Below are positions 52,222 through 64,000 of a stretch of DNA of 64,000 nt, piece by piece. A program made the translations under genes and the position numbers. The notes under the pieces are model-generated. The model worked only from the letters and a program-made list of their open reading frames with translations, was not told the DNA's origin and ran no database searches. Source of the DNA: the human T2T-CHM13v2.0 reference genome, Homo sapiens; assembly GCF_009914755.1 (NCBI RefSeq), contig NC_060926.1; one strand, 5' to 3'. Numbering within the stretch: the stretch's first letter is position 1; each line of letters opens with the position of its first letter.

Positions 52222-55200
52222 GTGAGTCCTAAGTCGGGGGCAACACGTGAGCAGCTTCCCAACCTTCCCCCACGACCCGTGCCACTGCCTGTGGCCCTCT
52301 CCAGGGCAAGTCTTGCCCTAGAATTGCACACTTAAGTTTACTAAGGTGGAAGAGTCTTGTAGCAGTATGAGGGCATTGCTCTGGGTCTCTGAATGTTTCT
52401 TCTCTGTGTTTCGGGGATTCATGGTAGATTATGGTGAAAAGAGCACGAGACCAGAACCCAGAAGGTTTGGGTATATTCCAGAACATCACTGCTGTGACCT
52501 TTGGGAAGTCACAAAAATCTTTGGTAAAATGGGGACAATAATACTAGAGAATATGACGGACAAATTAGGTAATGCAGGACAGGTGAAAGTCCTTTGCAAA
52601 AGACCAAGTTCTGCAGAGATACAGGGAACCGTCTTATCTAGCTCTTTTACCCGGGGAAGACTTTCTTGTGCAATTAGATTTTGTTCCCATTTTTCTCCTC
52701 CTTTGGAGAAAGCAGGCTGTGAGCGACACACACTCTCGGGCTGCTATTTTATTCCTTGGAGCCTCTTCGACCCAATCTTAAGACATGGGAGCTCTCAGCA
52801 CTCCCCAGGGCTTGGGTTTCTGCCACTGTGGGTCTGTTCCTTACCAGACCAGAGCAACCTGGCAGGACGGCCTGTTTATCTGATCCAGAAAATCTGGCTT
52901 CACCGATTCCTAGGATTTGAATAATCACCTCACAGACCCAATTCTTATGCTTGTTTTCCAAACTTTTGTTGTGATACAAGTATTTAAAGTTGAGGCCTCG
53001 TCTATTTAAAAAGAGCCCACAGGTCTGTTGACCCCAGAGCCTTCAGAAGAGGGACCTAGTGGCTGGGAGACAAGGCTTTAATGGAGACACATGAAATGTG
53101 TGTGAACAAAGGGTTTTAAAATATATTTTTTTAGCAGAAACAATAAAAAGGATGTATTGTGCGTGTGTGAATCAAAAAGGAATAGATATAACAAACATTT
53201 CCCTTCTTCCCTCTCCCCTGTGGCATCAGGAAAAGGAATAAATCATGGTGCTGTTTGTTTTGGTGTGGGCAACTGGGCAGCAGGTTCCAGGGACAGGAGG
53301 TAGACATGAGAGAGAGTTGGAAGGCACTTGGAGAATGATGGAAAGACCTGGGTCTTGCCTCAGACCAGCCCCTGGCTTCCAGTGTGTCATTAATTGTTAA
53401 AAGCTTAGGGTCTAATTTTACTCTTTATTCGATTTGAAATAATTGCCCTAATGAATTTCAAAGTACTCAGAGGCAGCCATGGATTGCCCCCAGGGAGCTG
53501 GGCTTTGAGAGCTGTGGCAGGTGACCAGCTGACTTGACTTTACTCTGTGTCTGCACAAAATGAGAATATTTGGATGCTACTCTGCATTAGGGGCTGTGCC
53601 AGGTGACTGATATTTCCATCTTCTAGAGGAGGAATTTGAGACTTAGAGAAGACCTAGTTCAGAATCACCTCAGTGCAGCTCAAAGAGTCCCACTGTGCTT
53701 TTCAGGGCAGAGAAATGCATGTCTGTTTGTGACTTTCACAGGCGTGTGGTGAAAGGAAAATGAAACAAGGCAGGACTTTGACAAGCATAGGTAAGCCTGG
53801 TGGTGTTGCTGCCTCTTAGGGCCAGCCTTTCTGGAAGTTGTAGTAGGTAACGTTATCTTGGGACTTGGGAAGCGTACCCAACTCAGTCTATCACCCACTG
53901 GTTGCTACTACTCAAATATTACAGAGAGGAATGGACATTGTATTTGCTTAAAGCTTGAGTGTTTGTTGAAATACTAGTTCTCCCTTCCTCCATAAATATT
54001 CCCTTAGGCATATCTTAAACTGTAAGGTGTAATTTATACTTTAGTGTGAGTTAATTAAATTTCCTTTTTTTTTGATCGGAGGAGACTGGCATGAGTGGAT
54101 AAGAATTAGGGGGTAGATAAGCATTAGCAAGTGGTCTTCAAGTATCTCCCAGTCTAACTTAGGAATTAAGGCTGCCTTTGACCAAAGGGAAAATCATTGA
54201 TTTATCGTTACTCTATTTGACCAATCTCTGTGTTTCCTGTATTTCTCTGAGTAGATGTCTGTTCTCCCCACAGCAGGTGCTCCAAGTTAAAGCCAGTCTC
54301 CATTTGCAGCATAAAATCAGAATGCCACAGACTTTTATTTAGAGATGGATAGGACCTTGGAGATCATCAGATCCCATTAGTAATTGTCTGGAATGAGTTT
54401 GTTCTTGCTGCTGCTCTCGTTCTTTTCTTCTGGCTCTTTCCTTCTTTCCTATACCAACTGTATGTTAATCGCCCACTGTGTTCTCAGCATAAAGATTGTT
54501 GAATGGCAATCAGGTGCTCAATGTGCGATAATGTCCTGGGGGAATTTACCGTTTGTATTTAGCCCATTTTCTCTGCGGTAGGTTTTCAAAGCAGTTCTCG
54601 CAAATGTCCTCCTCTCCCAATGAATTTCAAAGAGCTTTTAAAAATAGGAACCTCACTAATTAACTCAAGTTAGGAAATAAATTAATGGAGTGAAGAGGAA
54701 GAAATCATGGCCTGCATTCATCAGATTAATTCAATGCAATTTACTTTGTAAGTTTCATAAAACTTGTGCTTTGGGGCATTTTTAACCCAGAACAAATGAA
54801 CATATAAATTGTTTACAAATCGCTGAATTTAATATAGTAATTTAGTTGTCTTTTTAGTATTTCATTTCACAGATGGGTCAAATTAAAATAAATATTTGCT
54901 TATTTCAAACATTTTAAATTTAATGTGAAATGTAAATGGCGACATATCACAAGTAGTTCTTGGAGCTCTTAAGGCAATAAAGAAAACAATTAAGATTGTT
55001 CGCCGCTCGTTGTTAAAAATGCTAACTTCTGCATGACAGAAACAAAATTCATAAATCTACGCAAGATGAGGAAGCCCATGTAAAAAATATTAATTTTCCT
55101 TCATCTTTCACTATTGTGCCTCAGTCTAGTCGATGTGCTGGGCTGGTGAATAAGGAAAACACATTGGGAACTCTGGGAGAGAAAGAGAGGCTGGGATACC

Positions 55201-56399
55201 TACTAGCTCTCAAGCAATTTACAGGAGAACACAATAGTGATGCAAAAGTGCACATTCCTGGAAATAGGAGTGTCTTGTCTTGCCTCTTGTCAGCCCAGTG
55301 ACAAATCAGTACTAGACTTGGTTTCTGTTTCAAGGTTTCAGCCAGTGTGGCATGGTAATATTTGTCCGATGTCAGAACAGAGGTTGCTGGTCTGGATTTC
55401 TGCCTCTTCTGGAGGAAAGGAACTGATAATTTGATTATCTGTCCTGTCCCTTCAATGATGAGGATGTGTAAAATGAGACTTCCTTTCAAGCAAGTCTTTC
55501 CCCAGACCTCCCATCTTCTCTTTCTGAAGTCTCCTTTGGAGTTGTTCTCAATGCAGATAGCATCCAGGTCTGTGGACACTTGTGTGTGTCTATTGCACAC
55601 ATGGCTTGCTATCAAGTGTCACCCACTCAAAGTGGAATGACAAAGTAATTTTAAAAAAAGCATAGTTTTAATTTGTATAATAACTTTCAAGTGATTGGGA
55701 CTCAGCTGCAACTACCTCCTAGAGAACTAGAGGGCAGTGATTGGCTTTCAACTATAGTTATGAAAAAAGATTTTACAGACAGTCATGAGGTTATTAAATA
55801 AAAGAAACATCATAGAAGATTCATAACTCTAGAATAATTACACTCTTTTGCATTCTGATTTGCTCTCCTGAGTCAGAAGGAAAGGGAAGAAGTTACATCT
55901 AGTGGCAGGGATTACACATCAACTTGGTTTGCTCATATTGAATATAGACATTATTCATCACGTGTATTTGGATGGAACAAAGGTTAGCAGTTGCTGCTGA
56001 AATGAACTACTCTAAAAATAAGGTTGATATACATTTAGATATTTGTGGCATGGTTCAGGGAGAAGCAAAGAGAAGGAGCTCAGAATCACATCCTCTGGGT
56101 TTTTAGACCACAGAATTAGGTCAAACCAAGCAGGGCCAGGGAAGAAGAAGAGAGAGAAGAGAGGGTAGAGGGTAGAGGGGAATGAGATATTGACAGTGGG
56201 TCCTCTTTACCTGAGGACAATCGTTACCTGAAAAGAACTCATAAAGTTGGTTCCTTTAAAGTGGGGTTGAAAACATTTGAAAAGAGGTCTCATTGGGACT
56301 TGAAAGTGAAAATTATGAAAAGAAATTTATTTGTATGTTACAAATATAAGTTATAGTTACAACTATATATTAATTCTTATAATGATTATTCAGAATGAA

Positions 56400-57130
56400 T
56401 CCAATGTGGCTTGAGGGCACAATTTTTCTAACAAAACCATCTGATAACCTTTGTGTTTTATTTTCTCAGTAAGATTATAAAAAGGGCCTCTCTTCATTCT
56501 TTGTTATTTAAATCACCCTCATGGAAGCACCTATCCTTGCATTATCCTTATCAGTTTTCCATTCTTTCATAATTATCTGGTCTAATTCGAGCAAATCTTT
56601 GCTTGTCAGTGGCGTGGCATTTGAATCATCTGTTTCTTCAGCTTCCTTTTCATTGACTTCATGAAATTCTGTACCCTGTGTGCAGGCCATAACCAAAAAT
56701 ATAATTAATTTAAAAACCAATCCCTATACTCTACTGTATATTTCGTATTACACAGAAGTGGATGCCTTGAAATGCTTTGACAGTGCCCATAAGAATTTTT
56801 AGTAGTTGTTTTCTTCACTAGGTTAAATGCTTATCTTACAATCATGTTTTCATCATTAGTTTTCTTAGCAAAGGCTTTTTATTTGATATGAAAGGATATG
56901 TCAACACAGTCTTTGAGGGAAATACCATCAACATTAAATTAGTGACTTTTTTAGTGTAAGATATTATTTTGACTCCAATGTTTCAATATTTCAGAAAAAA
57001 GTTTTGCCTCAAATATTTTATGTTTATTACCCTATTTGTGATAGCTTTCATAAATTGCAAGTGTCCTGTGATCAGCCTGGCAGACAAATATAATAATGCT
57101 GCATTATTTTTATAATCAGGCTGTCTCAAA
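56400..57130 (-). mobile_element. Ancient Tigger/pogo transposase remnant
   Basis: Minus ORF FHEVNEKEAEETDDSNATPLTSKDLLELDQ resembles the Tigger C-terminal F.EV...LT.EDL.ELEQ motif. Confidence 0.55.
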
Positions 57131-57574
57131 GATTTCATTTCTCTGTTGGAGAGATGCATAGTTTCCGAGGAAGGGGAGATTGAAATCCCAGTCCCCATTT
57201 ATTAGCAAGCCTGTTCATCTGTCAGCCTCCTGGGGGCTGCTGAAGTGTAATAAGAGAGGCCTCAGTTGCACAAAGCATTTGGCTTATTAGTGCTAAAACC
57301 ATTCAGAATAAAAGCCATTTACGAGTTGAGACAGCGCCGTGGAAGAATATTGAATTGGGAGTCAAGGAGCCCCTCTGGCTGTACAAGGCAAGGTCCGCTG
57401 GTCTACCATTTGGAGGACACTGTCGACTCCTATCCCTTTTCCCTCTGCACATGTCCCCTGCCAGGCTGCAGCCCTGGGACCACTCAACTGACTCTCCACC
57501 TCTACTCTTGGCTATTTACTGAGGACTGGAGACATGATTGGTCATCCTTTCTGCTGCACATTCTTGTAGATGAA

Positions 57575-57800
57575 TAGCTGTCTTCTCATTGTGTCCTGAC
57601 CTGGCCTTCTCTGCACATGTGTTCTCCTGGTGTCTCTTGCTCTTCTTATAAGGATGCTGGTCTTATCAGATTAGGGCCCCACCCTTACAACTTTATTTTA
57701 CCCGAATTACCTCCCAAAGGCCCAATCTCCAAATACAATCACACCGGGGCTTAGGCCTTCAACATGTGAATTTGCAGGGGACACAGTTCAGTTTATAACA
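57575..57800 (-). mobile_element. MLT1/MST fragment
   Basis: cttcttataagg...attagggccccacc...ttcagtttataaca. Confidence 0.75.
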
Positions 57801-57859
57801 CCCCTTAACTGCCTTATTCCACTGGCTCCCCTTCAAGTTCTTCAAGTGACCATGACTGG

Positions 57860-58226
57860 CTCTCTTCCCCCATGCTGCCTGTGTATGGGTTGTTTCCTCT
57901 GCCTGGCATGCTTTTCTATCTTACTCTATTCTCTACCTGCTCCCCACTTCCATCCCCTTCCCCAGGTTAATATCTTTCTCCTCTCTCAGATCTCCCCAGG
58001 GAAACTGGCCCATCCTCCCTGACTTCATTAAACCTCCCACAAAACAAGACTCACTGTTGTCATTTTACATTTAATTGTGCAATTACTCGACTGATGTCTG
58101 TCTTCCTTCTAATTCCTTGTGGATAGGTGCATGCCCTAATTTCCCTCAACACTGTACCTCATTCCAGCATAGTGTCTAGACATAGTAGGTAATGAATATT
58201 TGTTGACTGAACAAATGAATGAATGA
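57860..58226 (+). mobile_element. L2 3' end
   Basis: cagcatagtgtctagacatagtagg...aatatttgttgactgaacaaatgaatgaatga. Confidence 0.7.
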
Positions 58227-59832
58227 GCCTCAGCTTGGAATTGAGAAGCAATGTTCTGTTTTCCCTTGGGCATGCATTCGTATAGAGGTTTATCATTCCT
58301 CAAAAGTGTTCTGGTTCATCTGAACCAAAGATGCTATCTTTGAAAGGGTTATGATTCCTCTGAGGCCTCTGAAGTCAAACCAACATGCAAAACATTTAAG
58401 ATTTGCTTGCCCCTGAGCAAATGAACACTATGTGCTAATCAGACCCTGAATGTTAGCTTTAACCATGTATATCTGCCAGAAGTAACCGTGAGATGAAAGT
58501 GACTAGGGTGGTGAATGGTCCTTGTTAAAATCTATTGAACAAGATGTTAAATGCAATGATACAACTCTACACATTATTTCTTAGCAGGCTCTTTCACCAC
58601 TTTTTAACAAGGGGTCCTCAAGGTAATGAGGATACAGTGGGGGTGACATTTTGAAAATATTAAACCATGTGTTTATGTCTCCACCTTAAATTGCATCCAC
58701 TTGCAGCCATCTCTCTCAAGAGTGAGCCACACTTATCACCCCAGGGTAGGAATAAGCAGCTACTGCCTGGGACAAAGGTGTTGTGGATCCATCCTGGGTC
58801 CAGAGGATGGAATTACTGACCTCTTTAGCTGGGCAATTATCTTAAAAGCCAGACTTTGTGAAGGATGAAAAAGGATTGCCTAACTTCATATCTCTCCCTT
58901 TAATGTATCATGAGCCCAGCCTAGTGGACTGGATCAGCCAGTTCCAGATGAAACCATAGCTAAGGGGTTTGGAATTTATCCTTGGAAGCCATTGCAGGGT
59001 TTTAAGAAGTTAAACAGCACAGTTGGATTTCTAGTGCTGCCCCTAGAGTGACAGCATTTGTTGCATTCCAATTTGGGTCAAAGTACAGGCCTGGCTGTGT
59101 TTATAGAATAAAAAAACAGACAACCCTTCATTGGAACACAGTTCTGGCAGAGCAGCTGACACTGGTGAGTTCTCCTTTCCATTAGGCAGACCTCTGGCCC
59201 TTGGTTTCTCCAAGTCTTGCTGCTGCCACTGTCCTCCATGGCCAGACAGTGACTGCTTCCATTCAGCAACTCCCACTTTCCCAGCACGGAGGCCCAAACC
59301 GCCCCCATGTTGCTCAGGCCCTGATTAGGAGGTGGCCCTAGGGAGCTAAACTAGGTCACAGTAGCTCTCACCTGTCATCTCTATTGCTCAATGGTCTATT
59401 CGTTCTTCAACGACAATCTCCAGCTACGACCAACTCATATATCTCCCATGACAAAACTTCCTACCACTTACACTAGCATTCTGCATATGATATATCTCAG
59501 TGCCTCCCACTTCTTCCATGAAGCCTTCCTGGACTACGACAGCCTATACTGATGTTCCTATGCATGGTGAGCCATCTTAGACATTTCTCAGAAGGGGGCA
59601 CAGATGATGTCTCTCGACTATATTGGAACTCCCTAAGATCAGGGACCCTTCACTGTTGTACATCTTCAACCTTCCTTACTGGGTTGGGGGCAGAGTAGCC
59701 ATGCATTGCTTGAGAGATTGATGGATTGAAGTTCTCTGACAGTGGCTGCTGCTCCTGAAATGGAGGAAAAGCACCCTCACTGTGATCCTCAGGCAGCTCT
59801 CTTGGCTCTACCTTCCTTTCCTTCTTTCCCTG

Positions 59833-60365
59833 TGCTAGGCAGAATTCTGAAATGGCCTCCAAAATGCCTGGTCCATAAGGTATACGTATCTTCTCCCAGT
59901 TATTCAATCAAACACTAATCTAGTGCTGCAAGGAAGGAAAGTAATTAAGTTCCCAAATCTGTTGACCTTAAAATAGGGAGATTTTCTGTGTGGATTTAAC
60001 CAAGTCACATGAGCCTTTAAATCTGGGTCTAGAGGTCAGAGGCAGGAGAACTAAGAGTCAAAGCATGAGAGGCATTTGACCAGGGAGAAATTCTCTGTTG
60101 CTGGCTTTGGAGATGGAGGGAGCTGGCAGAGAATATAGGTAGGTTCTAGGAGCTGAGCACCAGCAAGAAAATGGGCCCTGAATAAGCTTAGAGGTAAAAT
60201 TCCCCCCCAGAACTTCTAGAAAAGAATTCAGCCTGGCCTACATGTTGAGAACCCAGGCATACCTTGCCTGGATCTCTGATCTACAGATTTGTGTGCTAAT
60301 AAATAGGTGTTATTTTAAGCCACTAAATTTTTGATAATTCACTATGTACCAATAGAAAACGAATG
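59833..60365 (+). mobile_element. MLT1 (E-like) LTR
   Basis: cccagttattcaatcaaacactaatctag...ttttaagccactaaatt...aatagaaaac. Confidence 0.75.
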
Positions 60366-61377
60366 GATTCACTGAACTCTGCTGAAAGGAGCTCCCAGGT
60401 AAACACATGGCCTACCTTAGTTATAACTTCCAAGACAGGTTCAATCTCCAGAAGCTTCTCTTTGAAAAGTCTCACCTTCCAAGAATTGCCTTTGGCCCAG
60501 CCATTCACAGATCCACCAACCACTTGTTGGTCACCTGCTCAGTGCTCAGTGATCTGGAAGTTTAACAAGATCCAGGGCACCATGGAATGTTCACTGGACT
60601 TTTAAACTCTCGTTTGGAGAATTACAAAATTTGTGGGTTTGAGTCCCACTGGCTGGATTTTCAGAATGCTGATGCCTTGATAGTCAGAAAGGAAAACAGT
60701 ATTGAATTGATCTTATAATTATCATCCTTTTGGTAGCTCTATTTCGTCATAGCCTGGCAATGACTAGGCGCTGCATAAAGGTTTGGTGGATAAGCTGATG
60801 CCTAGGCAGCTCTGCTGCTTTCCAGAGTCCTCCTCACCAGAAGGGAGATGCCTGTACCCCTCATCATTTGGCTTCAGATGGAAAAAGTGTGTCAGGGAGG
60901 AAGCCAACCCTGGTGCTGAAGCAAGTCTGAATAACAGAAATGTCTTGGGCTAACAGACTTTATCATTTTCTGATTTTAGAGCCTTTCCCGATTTAGAAAC
61001 TTGACAAAAAGTCTTGTTTGTACTTACTGAGTGTAAGAGCCATTCTGGCAAGCAGAGGGTTTAACACTCAGGCCACTGCTTTGCACACCGCAAAGGTGGC
61101 TAGGTAGTTGGAGAGCAGTGGTGTTACTGGTACCTAACAGACAGATCGGGAGGCAAGGCTGCAGCATCAAAGTTGCCATTGTACTTGTTCAGTGTCTAAC
61201 TGTCCATGAAACTAACGGCATGCAGAAATGGGGGCAGGCCCAGCTGGGAGTGATGACGCTCATTAAACTTGCAGAGAGAAGCCACTCTCTTTCTTTAGTG
61301 AAGAGGAAAAAGATCAACTCTGCTTTAGAAATAAAACACTTTACACAGGGTGCTTGAGCCAGAGATGAAGTCATTTG

Positions 61378-61450
61378 AATATATATATATATGTACCTAT
61401 ATATATAATATACATATATAGGTACATATATATATAATATACATATATAG

Positions 61451-61484
<34 letters not shown>
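61378..61484. repeat. (TA)n-rich microsatellite
   Basis: Direct inspection. Confidence 0.9.
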
Positions 61485-61488
<4 letters not shown>

Positions 61489-61489
<1 letters not shown>

Positions 61490-61779
61490 TTTTTTTTTTT
61501 TGAGACGGAGTCTTGCTCCGTCGCCCAGGCTGGAGTGCAGTGGCACAATCTCAGCTCACTGCAAGCTCTGCCTCCCAGGTTCATGCCATACTCCTGCCTC
61601 AGCCCCCGAGTGGCTGAGACTACAGGCGCCTGCCACCACACCTGGCTAATATATTTTTTTTTATTTTTAGTAGAGATGGTGTTTCACTGTGTTAGCCAGG
61701 ATGTCTCGATCTCCTGACCTCGTGATCCACCCACCTCCCAAAGTGCTGGGATTACAGGCGTGAGCCACTGCGCCTGGCC
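61489..61779 (-). mobile_element. AluY-like
   Basis: gcaagctctgcc, tgttagccaggatg, ctcctgacctcgtgatcc. Confidence 0.9.
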
Positions 61780-62027
61780 TGACTTTACATATTCTATTCT
61801 ATTTGGTTTTATATATTATATATGTTATATATTGTATGAGTATGTAATATAACATAATATCTTATACATATAATTCTTTGGAGACATATACTCAGCAGAA
61901 ATAAAATTTCTGGCATATTTTTGAGTCTACTTTCTATGTGCTGCCATTCTGAAGGATTAAATATCACATTGAAATGACAGCTACATCTTTTTGTTTTTTC
62001 AGTTACATTTGGAAGAGAAGGATGGGA

Positions 62028-62180
62028 AGGAGTCTCAGTAAGTTGCCTAGGCTGGAGTATAGTGACTATTCACAGACATGATCATAGTGTCCTGAGGCCT
62101 CGAACTCCTGGGCTCAAGCAATCCTTCTGCCTTAGCCTCTTGGTAGCTAGGACTACAGGTGTGCACTACCATACTTGGCT
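62028..62180 (-). mobile_element. FAM (7SL-derived fossil Alu monomer)
   Basis: gtgactattcacagacatgatc, a 7SL-specific segment. Confidence 0.75.
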
Positions 62181-62194
62181 TTTAAGCTGTACTT

Positions 62195-62307
62195 CATATA
62201 TATATATAATATATATATAATATAAAATTATATTTAAATATATATATTATATATAGTTATATATATTATATATAGTTATATTTATATTTAAATATATATA
62301 TATTTAA
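62195..62307. repeat. AT-rich (TA)n low-complexity tract
   Basis: Direct inspection. Confidence 0.85.
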
Positions 62308-62844
62308 AAGACAGCTGATGGGTTTTCACTGTTTTTCAAGTTCAAGTTTACCCTTGATAGGGGTGACAAATGAGTCACCTTGGTGATTGAAGCTTGCTGT
62401 AGATATCCTCTAGAGAAGATGAAAAAAACTTCTGTAGGAACTAGCTGTTCTCCTTGTTAGACCTGGGGTTTTCCTCATTATTGAATCTCTTACAAGCTGA
62501 CTTCCTCCAAGAAGCCTGCCTGGACTGGCTTTACCCTTCTCTCATTATTCCAGCAGATCTTCACATTTCATTTGTTTGTTCATTCATCAAGTATTTATGA
62601 AACTTAAGTTGTGCTTAACATCGTTTGTACCATAGAGATCAAAATGCTGGTTCCTCCTTTCAAGGAGCTTAATACTTGTCTCATTGGGACATCAAAGTAT
62701 AAGGGCAGAGCCTTGTAGAAGCCTAAATGTACCACTTGATGCAGGGTCTGGGTTGTGGCTGTTTATGAAGTAAGCTAGTTCTAGTAAATGTTCTGCCAGA
62801 ACTTTTAATAGACTGGCTAACTGGGCTTCACTCCAGAGATGTTG

Positions 62845-63015
62845 TTAGTCTCGATATTCACAGTATGGTCCAGGGACCCGCAGCATCAGCATCACCTGGG
62901 AAATTGTAAAAGGCAGAGTATTGGGCCACACCCCTACCAGTTGAATTGTAATCTGCATTGTAAGCAGATCCCTGGAATACCTATGTCCTAACATCAGGGT
63001 ATGAGAAGCACTGAT
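62845..63015. mobile_element. MER5A
   Basis: cagcatcagcatcacctgggaaattgt...atctgcatt...tgagaagcactg. Confidence 0.7.
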
Positions 63016-63689
63016 CTACAACACTTGGGGATTCTTTAATGTCAATACTAGAAAAGGGTGAATTGGGAAGGACTAAACTCACTAGTTGTGATAAGAACTG
63101 TCAATCACTTGTTGTGTAGTTGTAACAGGTGGGAATTTGCTCCATGACACTTAGACATAAAAAAGTTGCATTATTTCTAAAAAGAAACTTAAATCTGGCT
63201 CCAAGCTCTCATTTGGAAGGTGGTGAAAATGTTAATCTTAGTAACATTGGGGGTCGGGGTTTCCCCTTTCTCATGTTGTGTCAAAATTCAAGGGGCTTAT
63301 GAGATGCCCAGAAAATGAGGCATTGGGTCTGTTGTTCAAAGTTCTTCCTATTGCCAATTCTGCTCTATGATTTTGCTGCCAGGGCTGACCAGAGCACTAG
63401 GGCCAGCCAGCCAAAGGGCTGGCCTTTATATTTTATCTTCAATCCTCATAGTATCATTAGCATGAAGGTATCGTTATCCTCACTTTGCAGAACTGCCTGA
63501 GGTCATCAAACATTGAGATTGGAGCTGGGATCTGGCATGTTTTGCAGTCCACGTTCTTTACATGAGCAGAGGGTGAGTCTCTCAAAAGAAAACGCTCTGT
63601 AGTCTCTCAAAAGAGAATACTCTTCAGTGGGGGAACTTGTTTTGGATGGTCAGTGTCAGGGAGGCAAGAAATTATGATGCCAAGTCTGG

Positions 63690-64000
63690 TGGATGTTTAT
63701 CTTGCTTTTAGGCTACCCAGCAGCTTTTGGCTGCTTTTTATCTCTGGGAAATTTCCATCTTTTTGAGTCCTGCTTCCTCAAGATAGTGGTCAGAAGCTTG
63801 CTTTCCCAGCATCCCTCACAGCCAGAGTGCAGCATGTGGCCTGGGCTGCGCCAGTCACGTGCACTGGCATGAGAGTCTCATTTGGAAGAGAAGGATGGGA
63901 AAGAGCAGTAGCCACATGGACTCTCTTTGGGGTTAAAGCCAGTGTGTGACAAATGGGGTTAAAAGAGTGTAAAGGAGCCTTTAGAGAGAGCAAAGACAGA
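63690..64000. mobile_element. ERVL LTR16/LTR33-like fragment
   Basis: gctttcccagcatccctcacagccagag...catgtggcctggg. Confidence 0.45.

Larger units (their letters stand above)
50280..52280. promoter_or_regulatory. GPR39: CpG island and GPR39 promoter
   Basis: High GC and CpG density spanning promoter and exon 1; GC box GGGGCGGGGG at ~50766. Confidence 0.85.
52222..64000 (+). other. GPR39: GPR39 intron 1 (partial)
   Basis: Follows the GTGAGT donor; no TM6-7 exon seen in the window. Confidence 0.9.

Noticed and set aside
51372-52331. 319-aa antisense ORF
   Set aside because: Shadow frame of the GC3-rich GPR39 CDS with a non-ATG start
52346-52924. 192-aa intronic ORF
   Set aside because: Non-ATG start, partly MIR-like sequence, no protein features

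Overview
Primate (almost certainly human) genomic DNA. It holds about 50 kb of repeat-rich sequence upstream of GPR39 (zinc-sensing, ghrelin-family GPCR), its CpG-island promoter, coding exon 1 (TM1-TM5, 51366-52221, + strand) and the first ~12 kb of intron 1. The upstream region contains a nested ERV1 cluster (1.7-13 kb), Alu, L1, MIR, DNA-transposon and MaLR remnants, a U6 retropseudogene, and a ~93-unit 30/31-bp minisatellite about 22 kb upstream of the gene. The most interesting observations are four. (1) An upstream ATG and a perfect CAG|GTGAGT donor lie in the GPR39 5' leader, in the same phase as the real exon-1 donor, which could give a TM6-7-only isoform. (2) The VNTR is variant-coded, shows higher-order duplication and has a nearly stop-free G-rich strand. 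(3) A locally templated ~264-bp insertion carries an 8-bp flanking duplication. (4) A transposon/LTR junction is present twice in inverted orientation. No prokaryotic-type system (CRISPR etc.) is present. Repeat family names come from recalled consensus sequences, not a database search, and repeat boundaries are approximate.
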